This document shows, piece after piece, positions 12,020 to 23,007 of a stretch of 64,000 nt of DNA. Where the stretch lies: positions 310,001-374,000 of the forward strand of contig NW_026515671.1 of NCBI RefSeq assembly GCF_025526975.1, read 5' to 3'. A program made the position numbers and the translations under genes. Under the pieces are notes generated by a model, which saw only the letters and a list, made by a program, of their open reading frames with translations, ran no database searches and had not been told where the DNA came from. The stretch's first letter is position 1. The number at the start of each line of letters is the position of its first letter. Source of the DNA: Fimicolochytrium jonesii. Its lineage: Eukaryota.

Positions 12020-13885
12020 CGACCCGGAGCAAGATTTATAGTGTTCACGGATGCATCGGTTTTTGCAATAGGCGGATGGCTTGCCCAGCCGGCGAATCCA
12101 TCAGAGCATTACCCATCACCGTTGCCTACCTCAGTAAACGGATTTAAGAATCTGCCACCGTTAAAGCCGATAGCTTTCTTTGGGCGGAAGATGCAACCCG
12201 CTGAAACACGTTACCCCTTGCACAAACAAGAGCTATTAGCTCTGGTTAGCATATGCAAGGCAAACAGGCATTACTTGCAGGATCGGACAAATGACCGCCC
12301 GTTTCGCGCGTTCACCGATCACGCTAGTTTGGTCTGGCTGCAGACACAGCCCTTCCTGAGCCATTGCCAAGCATGATGGGTTGAATTCCTGCAACAATCC
12401 AAATTTGATATTGAATATCAACCTGGTCGTTGGAACACCGTCGCGGATGTGTTGAGTCGTAATCCTTATTACGCTCCTTGCTGCGCCGAGTGTAACAAGC
12501 AAGTGGAAATCGCTGCGGCCTTGGGGATGTCCGTCGAGTATATTCCTTTGGGGAATGTTACGCTTGAGGATTGGATACGAACCTTGGAGGCTGATGAGTA
12601 CTTCGCTTTGCGGAAAGAGGCGTTGTCACAGCCAAAGGAACGACAGTCAACATTCGATCGCCGTTTTTCGATCGATGACTATGGTTGTTTACTGTACCAC
12701 GATAAGTTCTATGTGCCAGCTGCTTTACGAGGAACTGTATTGCAGGCGTACCACAACTCGTTGCTATCTGGCTCGCATACGGGGGTACAAGGTACATTGG
12801 GCAAACTCCTACGTGAGTTTTACTGGCCCGATATGGACGCAGATGTGAGAGGGTACATCAAGACTTGTGGGTCTTGCCAAAGGTTCAAGTCGCTGAACAG
12901 TAAGTGCGTTGGCTTACTTCGTTCGCTCCCAGTTCCCGACCGACGTTGGCACACAATGGGTATGGACCCTGTCTGGATGCCAATAACACGGTCATTGGGG
13001 GGGAAGGTGCAGAGTGATGCGTTTTACGACAGTTTTATTGTCTTCATCGACTATCTGTCAGGGTGCGCATACTTTATACCTGCGGCATCCACGATAACTG
13101 CCGAGGAGTTGGCCCATCTTTACTTCCGTGAAATATGGCGCCATACAGGTACTGCAGCTCTGATCGTCGGAGATCGAGATCCCCGCTACCTGGCAGATTT
13201 CTGGAAGGTGTTTCAATCGTTGTTGGGCTCAAAGCAGAGCTTGAGCACGGCACGACCCCAACAGATGGACGGAAAGGTCGAACGGTGTATCTCTATCTTG
13301 AAGAAGATGATTAAACCGTACCTTAATGTAACGGGAGACGATTGGGTTGACAAACTACCGATGTTGGAGTTTGCCTACAACCGTACGCAGAACAGCACTG
13401 GATACTGCCCTTTCGAGGTTGATTTGGGTAGAATTCCGCAGGCGCCGATGCATTGGCAAGTTGACACAAAGGTGTTGCAACGTATGGACGATATCTCGAT
13501 CCCATTCTTGCATAAGTCACAATGTGAGCTCATCAAACAGATGGAGAAGCGTGCTGAGGCATACCGATCCATTGAACTCATAGTGCAGCAGAAACTGCAG
13601 GAAGCCCAGGACAAACAAGCGAAGTATCACGATCGTGGACGTCGTGTACAGAGCTTTCGTCCAGGAGATAAAGTCCTGTTGAACAGCGATGGGATAACGA
13701 TCCCTGCTTTCAATAAGAAGCCGCTCAAGTTTAGACAGAGCTGGCTAGGACCCTTCATTGTGAAGAGGGAAGGACCACACCCGGAAACATACGAGTTAGA
13801 GCTGCCAGCTTTGATGGGCGCTTTATACCCGGTCTTCCATACGGATATCTTTAAGCCTTGGCACAAGCCGACTTCAGATCCGCAC
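12020..13885 (+). mobile_element. Degenerate Ty3/Gypsy fragment E (RNase H plus integrase)
   Basis: FTDASVFAIGG, YPLHKQELLAL, HTG...CGSCQ, GDRDPRY, DGKVER, WLGPF (GPY/F module). Confidence 0.9.
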
Positions 13886-13889
13886 GCTG

Positions 13890-15555
13890 CAGGGGGGGAT
13901 TCTGAGCTCCCTGACGCATCTCCCAACCCACAATCTGACACTGATCAATGGGCAGAGGCCCCAGAGGACCTAGACGACCAGGAAGACCAGGAAGATGACG
14001 ACTTGGTGCACTACGGACGCATCACATGCTCCCAGAGCACTCGAATACGCCAAAGCAACCTTGCCTATGCCCTGGCCACCGAAGTACTGCACACAGAGCC
14101 CAAAACCCTCAAGCAAGCTCTAAACTCCAACGACTCAGCCAAGTGGAAGGAAGCCATGGAGGCTGAATACGTATCCCTTGTCAAGAACGGCACCTGGGAG
14201 CTCTGTCCGGCACCCAAAGATAGCAACCTTGTTGGATGCAAGTGGATTCACAAGATCAAGACGAATGCTGAAGGCAGTATCGAACGCTACCAGGCCAGAC
14301 TATCCGCCCAAGGCTTCTCACAAGAATAGGGAGTTGACTAGAACGAAACATTCGCACCAGTGGCCAAGTTCGACACCATTCGGCTACTCTTGTTGTGGGG
14401 AGCAGCACAGGACCTCGAAATGGACCAAATGGACGTGTCCACCGCATTCCTGAACCCGACACTCAGTGAGGAGATCTATATGAAGCAGCCACCGGGCTAC
14501 ATCAAGCCAGGAGAAGAGCATCTTGTGCTTAAACTCAAGAAGACACTCTATGGTCTCAAACAAGCCCCCAGGGAGTGGTACATCGAAATCCATGGCACTC
14601 TCGTTGAGAAAGGCTTCACTCGTCTTGATTCAGACCATTGCGTCTATATCAGGTTCTTTGAGGGCTGGCTACTCATCCTGATCCTCTATATGGACGATCT
14701 CATACTTATGAGGCACAAGAGACTCGATCTTGACAGCTTCAAGGCCAAGGAACTTCAAAAGGCGTACGAAATGCGTGATCTAGGTGCCCTGCACTACTTC
14801 CTGGGTCTTTTAGTCCCTCGAGACCGAGCCAAACGACTCCTGACGCTCAACCAGACTGGGTACATCGAAAAATGTCTTGAAACATACGGGATGACCGATT
14901 GCAAGCCTGTATCAACTCCCAGCGTCGTGGGAAGCCCTCTCACCAAGGAAATGACACCTCAAACGCCTGAAGAGACTGCAGAGATGCAGAACAAGCCCTA
15001 TCGAGCGATTGTAGGCAGTCTGATCTCTGCAATGTTCGGCACAAGACCAGACATAGCCCAAGCAGTTGGAGCTGTGAGCTAGTTCTTAGCCAATCCAGGC
15101 AAAGGACATTGGAAAGCTGCCAAACGCATTCTGGCGTATCTCAGGACGACCAAACACTTCCAACTTCGACTGGGAGCCGTCCAAGAAACCCCCAAACTCG
15201 TGGGATGGTCAGACTCAGACTGAGGAGGCTGCCCAGACACTCGAAGATCGACCACAGGATACCTCTTCACCTTCTGCGGTCCAGTAAGCTGGAAATCACG
15301 CACACAACGCACTACAGCACTCCCCTCCACCGAAGGCGAATACATGGCACTCACAGACGCCTGTAAAGAAGCCATGTGGCTCAGATCTCTACTCAGAGAA
15401 CTGAGCACGCACCAAGACCAGACAGGACTCGTTCAAGGCCCCACAGTCATCTGGGAAGACAACCAAGGAGCTATGACACTCGCCACAAACCCAGTTCACC
15501 ATGCACGAACCAAGCACATCGACATCTGAAACCACGTCATTCGTGAACAATTGAT
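13890..15555 (+). mobile_element. Degenerate Ty1/Copia fragment F (RT plus RNase H)
   Basis: EPKTLKQA, WKEAM, GCKW, QMDVSTAFLN, LYGLKQAPREW, YMDD, WEDNQGA, RTKHIDI; several stops. Confidence 0.92.
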
Positions 15556-15954
15556 CAGGTTGTATTAGCTAGATTGGGTTTTATTGAGCTGGTGGAAGCC
15601 TGTAGCAACTTCCGCGGGCTCCGCGGACTTGGCAGACGTCCATGGGGGCATTAGCAGGCTACACAGACTTGGCAAAACCTTACCAACCTTAACTGCGGCA
15701 CTCAGAGACGCCTTGGGCGTTCTGAAGGGGTCGCAGAGGGTGCTTTGGACGCCCCAGCACATAGCTAAATCCCCAAGAAAGAAGCCCCAGATTTGTGTAA
15801 AAGGCAGACCTGTTGCCCGTCCCCTCTCTTCACGTTATCCTCTTCAATACACCACTTTCTATCGCACTACTCTAGCCACACTACCGTCTTCTACATCACA
15901 ACACTGCCCTTTGGGCAGCTTCGTCCCTCAGTCATCGGCGAACCAGTCTTAGTG

Positions 15955-17640
15955 ACCTCTCAGATACACCTATATCAGCTAAGGTTTCAATACTTCCGAC
16001 TTCAAAGATATCAAATCCGATCGTTGGCCATCTTCCTACACGGTATGGGAAGAGGTTGGAGAAATCCATATGGATGATGACCAGGTTTGAATCGTCAACA
16101 GGATTTGCAAGTTCCAACATATCTGGGAACGTCGCAGCATGCGGGAGGCCAGTAGTATTGTGTAAGAATCCTTGCAAGAGTCTTATTAAAACTGAGATGT
16201 CCTCCGGTGGTGAGATCATCATGGAATTGCCGTGAGATTGTTGCGAATATCTTCAGGAACGTATAAACATCCTTCAGGTTCCATTCCATTTTCGAACGTA
16301 TAGCAAAGTTGTCTAGAAGGTTTCTTGTGTTGAGGCTTCCGAGAAACTTCGTCTAGGTAATCCAAATGGGTCTTCGCGTACCGCAATTTTCCATTCTTCC
16401 TCTTGGTAGGTAGGTGAGCTTTGTCTGTTGTAGCGTTGAAGGAAGCTTCACCGGCAAGCGCGTTGCTGATCTGCGTATGCATGTCAAGGCGAGATTGACA
16501 ATCTATACACCGAGGCACATAGATTGGATTGCGAGAAAGCATATCGGCTATGATTCCACCATCCAGGTAGATACTGGATGTCGAAGTCATACTCTTGTAG
16601 CTTCTCCACCCATTTGGCTGGTCTTCTGCTCAAGTGGGGTTGCGTTTGGATGAATTCGAGTCCCTTGTGGTCGCTGAAACTTCGGAAGTAATGACCAATG
16701 AGATATGGTCTATTGGCGAGCAACATCTTCACAAGAGCTAGGAGCTCTTGTTTGTGCATAGGATATTGAGTTTCTGCATCCTTCATCTTCCTTGAGGAAA
16801 TAATTTGTTAAACCGAGGAAGCTCTGAACTCCTTTGGTTGATCTTAGAGTAGGCCAATCCTTAATAGCTTGGATCTTTGAGGGCGCAATGCGAACACCAT
16901 GTCCTCCGACAATATGTCCTCACCATTCGATTTCTTCCTTGGCCCATACACACTTTGAATGTTTGATGAAAAGGGCATGTTCTTCGAGCTTCTTCAGGAT
17001 ACAATCAACTTGTTCCCGATGTTCGGCAAGAGTTTTTGAAAAAATGAGGACAATGTCCAAATAAGTAGGAAGGAATTCGTCATAGTCTTTATGAAAGATC
17101 TTATTCATAAGTCGTTGAAATGCGGCAGGTGCATTGGTTAGCCCGAATGGCATAACCAAGTGTTCGAAGTTTCCCAATCGAGTTTGTATTGCTGTTTTCT
17201 CTTGATCTTGTCTGCCTATAAGAAGAGAATGGTATGCTTCTCGAATGTCGGTAAGCGTAAACCATTCACAACCTTGATTCCGATCCCTCATCTCACAAAT
17301 ATTGGGTAAAGGAGTACGATCTTTCTTGGTGATGGAGTTGAGACCTAGATAGTCCCAACAAATACGTAGTTTGCCATCTTCCTTCTTGGCAAAAACGACA
17401 CTAGCTCTCCATGGACTTGAGGAGTGTTGTATCCATCCTTTTTCGAGCATAACGGAGATTTGCTTCCTGAGCTCAGCGAGCTCTTCCTTGTTCATGTGAC
17501 AGAGAGGTTGCCAAATGGGTTCAGCACCTTCAGTGAGTTCTATCTTGAAGTTGTCTTTTCCACGATCAGGAGGTATACCTTCTGGTTCCTTGAAGAGCGT
17601 ATCGACGTATTTATCTAGGATATCCTTAAAGAACACTTGT
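15955..17640 (-). mobile_element. Degenerate Ty3/Gypsy fragment G (RT, RNase H, integrase N-terminus) with internal deletions
   Basis: MPFGLTNAPAAFQ, YPMHKQELLALV, GGHL...CKSC. Confidence 0.88.
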
Positions 17641-19137
17641 CTTGACGGCTTGAGGACGCGATTGAAAGCAGATGCAGCCGACGATGACTTCCTCGATGTC
17701 GTACATCAAATGAAGCAGAACCGATTCGATCTGGCTCCTATGATCACCACCGACACGAAACTTACCACGCAGGCAGGAATTGCCAAAGTTATCAAGCACG
17801 CTTCACTCTCCAGAAGAGACATTGCTCAAGGAATGTTGGAGATCCTTTGTAACGCTGTCATAAAGTCTGGCACCGATGTAGTCAAAAGATGCACGATTTA
17901 TCGCACACCAGTGCTATTGGAGACCAGGGCTATTTGGAAGTCAAATAGCACCAACTTTGCGATGCACCTATGCGCTGGAATATCACACCAGTGCTATTAC
18001 AGGACCAGCAGTACGTCGTTGTATGTACATCTGTTTCGAAAGCACAGGACTGGGCAATTCAATTCAAGAACATTACCAAAGCCAATCGCTTGAGGGCAGC
18101 CTGGATTTGGGCACATCTCCCGTCGTCACCCGGCCTTGCTAAGTTACGTCCCAGATCTTGAGTTCAGCATTGCACTCAGCACCCCATCCTCCGACACCCT
18201 GTCTGACATGGGTGATGATCACTACCCTATCCTCACTCCAATGGAGGCAGACGAGGCCCTCTCACAGTTCCCCGCAGGCCAGGAAGAGCCAGAGTCTGAA
18301 GTCTACAACAGAGGCCGCCGCAATTCCTTTGACCGGCGTCAGGAAGAGTGGGACTACACTCAGAGAATGTCGAAGGAGGGTGAGGACCAGGACAATAAGC
18401 CCAGTGCCGTGCCTTGCAAACCAGGCCCTGACGATACCATTGCCATCACTTTGCCTTTGAAGAGGAAGCTGATTCCTGAGAATCTTGCGCCAAGATTTTG
18501 ACCGTTGTCCGAGGAGGAGATACAGAGGATTAATGAGGCAGACAAAAACCTGAACACCGTTCGCTCTACAAAGACATGGGTCAAAAAGTGGAACCAGTAC
18601 AAGGAAGAGTGCCACTTGACTAAGAAGATGGCACTGTCAACGTTGCTCAATTGAACAAGGTGAGAACCCACAACTGCTTCCGCACAGTCCATTTGTTTGA
18701 CCTCAAAGCTGATATCTACTTCACGCAAACCATCTAGGACTTGGAGGCCTTCATCATTCAGGTCAAAATGGACAACGGGGAAGGGTTTTGTGACTCCAGC
18801 TTGGATACTGGCTTTGGTAGTCTTGGCCGCTATTTCAAACTCAAAGGGGAGGAAAACAACCGGGTTGTCAATATTCAGTCTGACACTGAGTTCCGTGGTG
18901 CACGTACTATTCTCAACGTGAGGATGGCCGACCTACATAAGATGGGCAATGGTGGGACCACGCAGCCTCTGACCTCAGCCTTGAAGAATTTCGCACTATG
19001 CTGGGTTCAGCCTTCTGCTCAGTGGACACGCCGGAAGGCCTTCTCCACTGCGTTTACCTCTACCTGTCAGTCTTCCTTGTTGAGCGTGGAGGAGAGGCAA
19101 GCCGCATGGAGGTTACAGATCTGAAGCTGAAGATGAT

Positions 19138-19333
19138 TCTTGTGGTTATAGGAAGTAGCCGATGAAGAGTAGAACCATTACTGTATTACTATTAGTTATA
19201 TCTATTACATTCTTAGGTGTCGGGCACTTCACTCCTAGCCGTCTGCGCAGACTGCTGAAGCGAAGGCTTACTAATGACGGCGTTTGACAGGATTAGGGAT
19301 AGGGTTAGGGATAGCTCACGTCTCTGCACAACA
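19138..19333 (-). repeat. 3' LTR of Copia C2
   Basis: Near-identical direct repeat of 29916-30111. Confidence 0.95.
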
Positions 19334-19489
19334 CTCCCCCGACGCGAAATGCCCAAACAACCCTAAAATCCGGCTGTCCACATCGCCGACGACTGCATAC
19401 CCCTCTTCTTCTTCCATATCCGACCCCATCCAACCGGTCCAGATTCATTTCCCCTCTCATTGGGCAACTTCGACCACATCCGCTCTTGT

Positions 19490-22400
19490 TTACGGCTCTC
19501 TTTGTCTAAATCCGCATAGTGCCCGGAGGTGAACAAAGGCTGGTTTCGGGAGGGCTTTCGTCTGGATGTCGGCGACCATTTCTTTTGTTGATATATACTG
19601 AATATCTACTTTGTTTTCAGCCACGAGTTCCCGAATGAAATGGTGTCAAAGGTCGATGTGTTTTGTCCTCTGATGATCTACCGGATTATTGGCGAGTTTT
19701 ATGGCGGCTTGGTTGTCCTCATAGATCAGGACGGGCTGGGGCTCGTCAGGGACCCCCAGGATTTCCCTTTTCAACCGAGAGAGTCAGATCGCTTCCTTAG
19801 CCGCCTCTCCAAGCGCCACATATTCTGCTTCCGCTGTGGATACCGTCATGTTTTTCTGCCGTTGGGATTTCCAGGATAAAGCTCCCCCATTCAAGGTGAA
19901 CGTATAGCCCGAAACCGACCGTCTCGTCTCTTCACACTTCGCGAAATCCGCATCACTGTATGCCCGCAGCTCGTTATCTGATTCGCCATATTGCAGGACA
20001 AGCGTTTTGGTCTTGGCAATATAACTGAAAACCCGCTTGACGGCTTTCATATGAGTTTGCGAGGGTTTGGCTAAGTACTGAGAGTGTTTGGATACGGCGA
20101 ATGCGATGTCTGGTCGGGTTCCAACCAGTAAGTACATCAATGACCCGATCATTGACTGGTACGTTTTGACGTCTGCCGGCTTCTCCTCCTCCGCAGTCAT
20201 AACTTCTAGTTTCACATTTGGGTCCAGCGGAGTGTCGTGCGGTTGCATCTGTTCCAGCCCGAATTTTCGCAGGATGTCGCTTATATACTTCTGCTGTCCA
20301 ATAGTGAGGGTCCGCTGGGTGCGATTTCGTCTCACTTCTATTCCTAGGAGGTGGGAGAGCTCCCCCATGTCCTCCATTTCGAAGCGCAATTTCAGCTCTT
20401 CTTTAATAGCGTCCCGTTCGGATTTACTGGTTGAAAGGATGGTCAAATCATCGACGTAGACGGCAATGATAATGAAACCTCGTCCAATGCGCTTTATATA
20501 AAGAGCATAGTCCAGTTTTGACACATTGAAGCCCTTCTCCCGGAGGTAAGCGTCCAAGACCTTATTCCATAACCGGGGCGACTGTTTAAGGCCGTATAGG
20601 GAACGTTTGAGTTGAACAACGGTACCGTCGGGCAGGCGAAGGTATATTACGGTGTCGAGGTTCCCATTCAGGAAGGCGGTTTTCACGTCCATCTGATGGA
20701 TTTCTAGGTCGTGTGCCGCTGCAATGGCCAACAACATCCGCAACGTGTTGAATTTTACGACGGGCGCAAACGTTTCATGATAATCTATCCCCTCTCTCTG
20801 CGTGAAACCCCTTGCGACTAGACGAGCTTTGAACTTCTTTATGGTGTTGTCAGGGTTGCGCTTTACTTTGAATACCCACTTAGAATCTACTGTGTGTCCA
20901 GAGTGGTTTTGACCGGGATTTTGGGCGCTCTGGTCATCGGGTTTTGGACCAGAATTCTGGGCGTCCCCAGAAATTCGGTGGTCAACCCATCGACCGGGTG
21001 CTTCCCAGGTTCCATTCTTTGCATGGGATGCAAGTTCCTCTTCCATAGCGGCTTGCCATTTGCGTGCGTATGGAGATTTCATAGCGGCTTTCAGTGTGGA
21101 GGGTTCGTCTGTGTCTACCGTCGCTGCTAAGAGCTCTGCGCCGGGTCCTGATCCGGGTTCAGCTCCAAGGTACTGACTCCCGTCGTCTTCGACCCCCAGA
21201 AATTCCGACAACGCTACTGCGTCCTTCACAAATTCATAGGGTTCCCAAGTGGGGTCGTCAAACCCTACCCACTTAACAAGGTATTCCTTCTCCCCCAAAT
21301 CTCCATCCCCACGCCACAAAAGCATCTTTTCAACGGCGTATTCAGCATCTGAGTTTGATTCAGGGATGGATTCGCTACGACTGTTGTTTTCTTTGAAAGT
21401 GACGTCCCGGGATTCAAAGATCTCCAACGTTTCTTCATCAATGAGTCGGTATGTGCCATGTTTGGTGGCATGGTAGCCAAGAAGCCGCAACGGGCCTAGC
21501 GCCCATGCCGAAAGCTTACTTCTCCTCTTTTGTTTAGGGATGTGAAGGAAGGCTTCACTCCACGGTGTCCGCAAATTCGAGATATCTGCGGGTCGTCCGT
21601 ACCATCTATGGTATGGGGTCGTTCCGGTTGCACTGGCCGGCGTCCGCTGTCTAAGATAATTGACCAATACAGCCAATTCATTCCATAGATTTTCTGGGAC
21701 ATTACTAATCCACATTATGGCCCGAATTTGGTCCATAATAGTCCGGTTGAAGCGCTCCGCAATCCCGTTTTGTTGGGAAGAGTATGGCTGCGTCGGAACC
21801 AGCGAGATCCCTGCTTCCTTTAATTCATCCAGCATCTCGGTCGACATGTATTCCCCCCCGTTGTCGCAGCGCAACTCTTTGATCTTCCCATTACAATGGC
21901 GCTCTGCAAACGCTTTAAACTCTTTCCACTTCTGGTGCACCTCGCTCTTATTTTTCAAGATGTAGATTACTGACCATCTCGAAAACTCGTCAATAAACGT
22001 GAGGATGTACCGCTTTCCATTAAAAGATTTCGTTTTAGGACCGACGTCCAATACATCTGAGTGGATCCTGTCCAATAATTTGGTTGCAGGCCGGGGGTTT
22101 TGCCCAGTGAAGGGCTTCCGTGTTTGTTTTCCTTTTTTACAGCCCACACAGAGTGGGGGTTCGGCGTTTTTGGTGTTGAGTTCGAAGTTGTATTCTAAAC
22201 TCGCAGCTTGAAGCGCTTTGGATCTGATGTGTCCAAAACGCTGGTGCCATAGTTTATTGACGTTGCGGTCTTGGGCTTTCCCTCAAGTGCCAGAATAAAC
22301 GCTTCCGGCTCTGCTTCAATATACCCTTTCAGGAACGGAAGTCGTCCATTATGGGTCACTCGCAACACGGATGTCCCATCTCGTCTGATTTCCGCATGTC

Positions 22401-22515
22401 CTTTTCGGAGTTGGATGTCGTAGCCCTCATCAACCAAAGGTGCCGTACTGCATAGATTTTGGCGCGCATTGGGCACATAGAGCACGTTTCAAAGGGTAAT
22501 GTGTTTTTCCGGCTC
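19490..22515 (-). pseudogene. pol: Copia C2 pol (integrase, chromodomain, RT, RNase H)
   Basis: IHSDV, RCDNGGEY, QQNGIAERFNRT, chromodomain ~21200-21343, QMDVKTAFLNG, YVDD, YSDADFA. Premature stops at 19784 and 22489. Confidence 0.92.
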
Positions 22516-23007
22516 TGTTATGATCTCGACGACGGAGGCGGAAGCGAAGTAGAGAAGCCAGGGTGAGAGTGATAGGCGACAAGAGATTGTATTGGCGAAA
22601 CAAGAAACAAGGACTAGAACAGGAGATGAGAAGAACTGGTGTTGATCTGCTGGGGAGGAAGGGAATGGACGAAGAGAGGCCGGCTATTTATAGATAGGCA
22701 ACCCAGCAGATCAGAGAACAACAACCACAAGAGGGGACTGGGGGGGCGCCAGCTATGCTCCTAGAGCGTGCGTGGCGAGCGTAGAGAGCATTGCTCCAGC
22801 TGCTGGCTATGGGGAAGTAGTGGGGGGTGTGGAGAAGCCGAGGGGGGATTGGCGAAATGAGAGGAGAGAGGGGGAGTGGCATTGACATTGACATTGACAC
22901 TGACATTGACACTGACATTGACATTGACATTGGCGTTTGACATTTGGCGGTTGACATTGGCGGCTGTCAGTAGGTAAGCTTATGGTATGGGCGCGTCGTC
23001 CATAACA
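22516..23007 (-). repeat. 3' LTR of chromovirus A copy 2
   Basis: TGTTA...TAACA, adjacent PPT AAGAGAGGGGTGA on the minus strand. Confidence 0.95.

Noticed and set aside
14327..14342. Two nearby TAG codons in Copia RT (QE*GVD*NETF), suggesting stop-codon reassignment
   Set aside because: Host genes here end in TAG (e.g. RasGEF at 41603) and the fragment has other lesions; ordinary decay.
15601..15895. TGTAG...CTACA segment as a solo LTR
   Set aside because: No TSD (AAGCC versus TCACA) and no second copy in the window.
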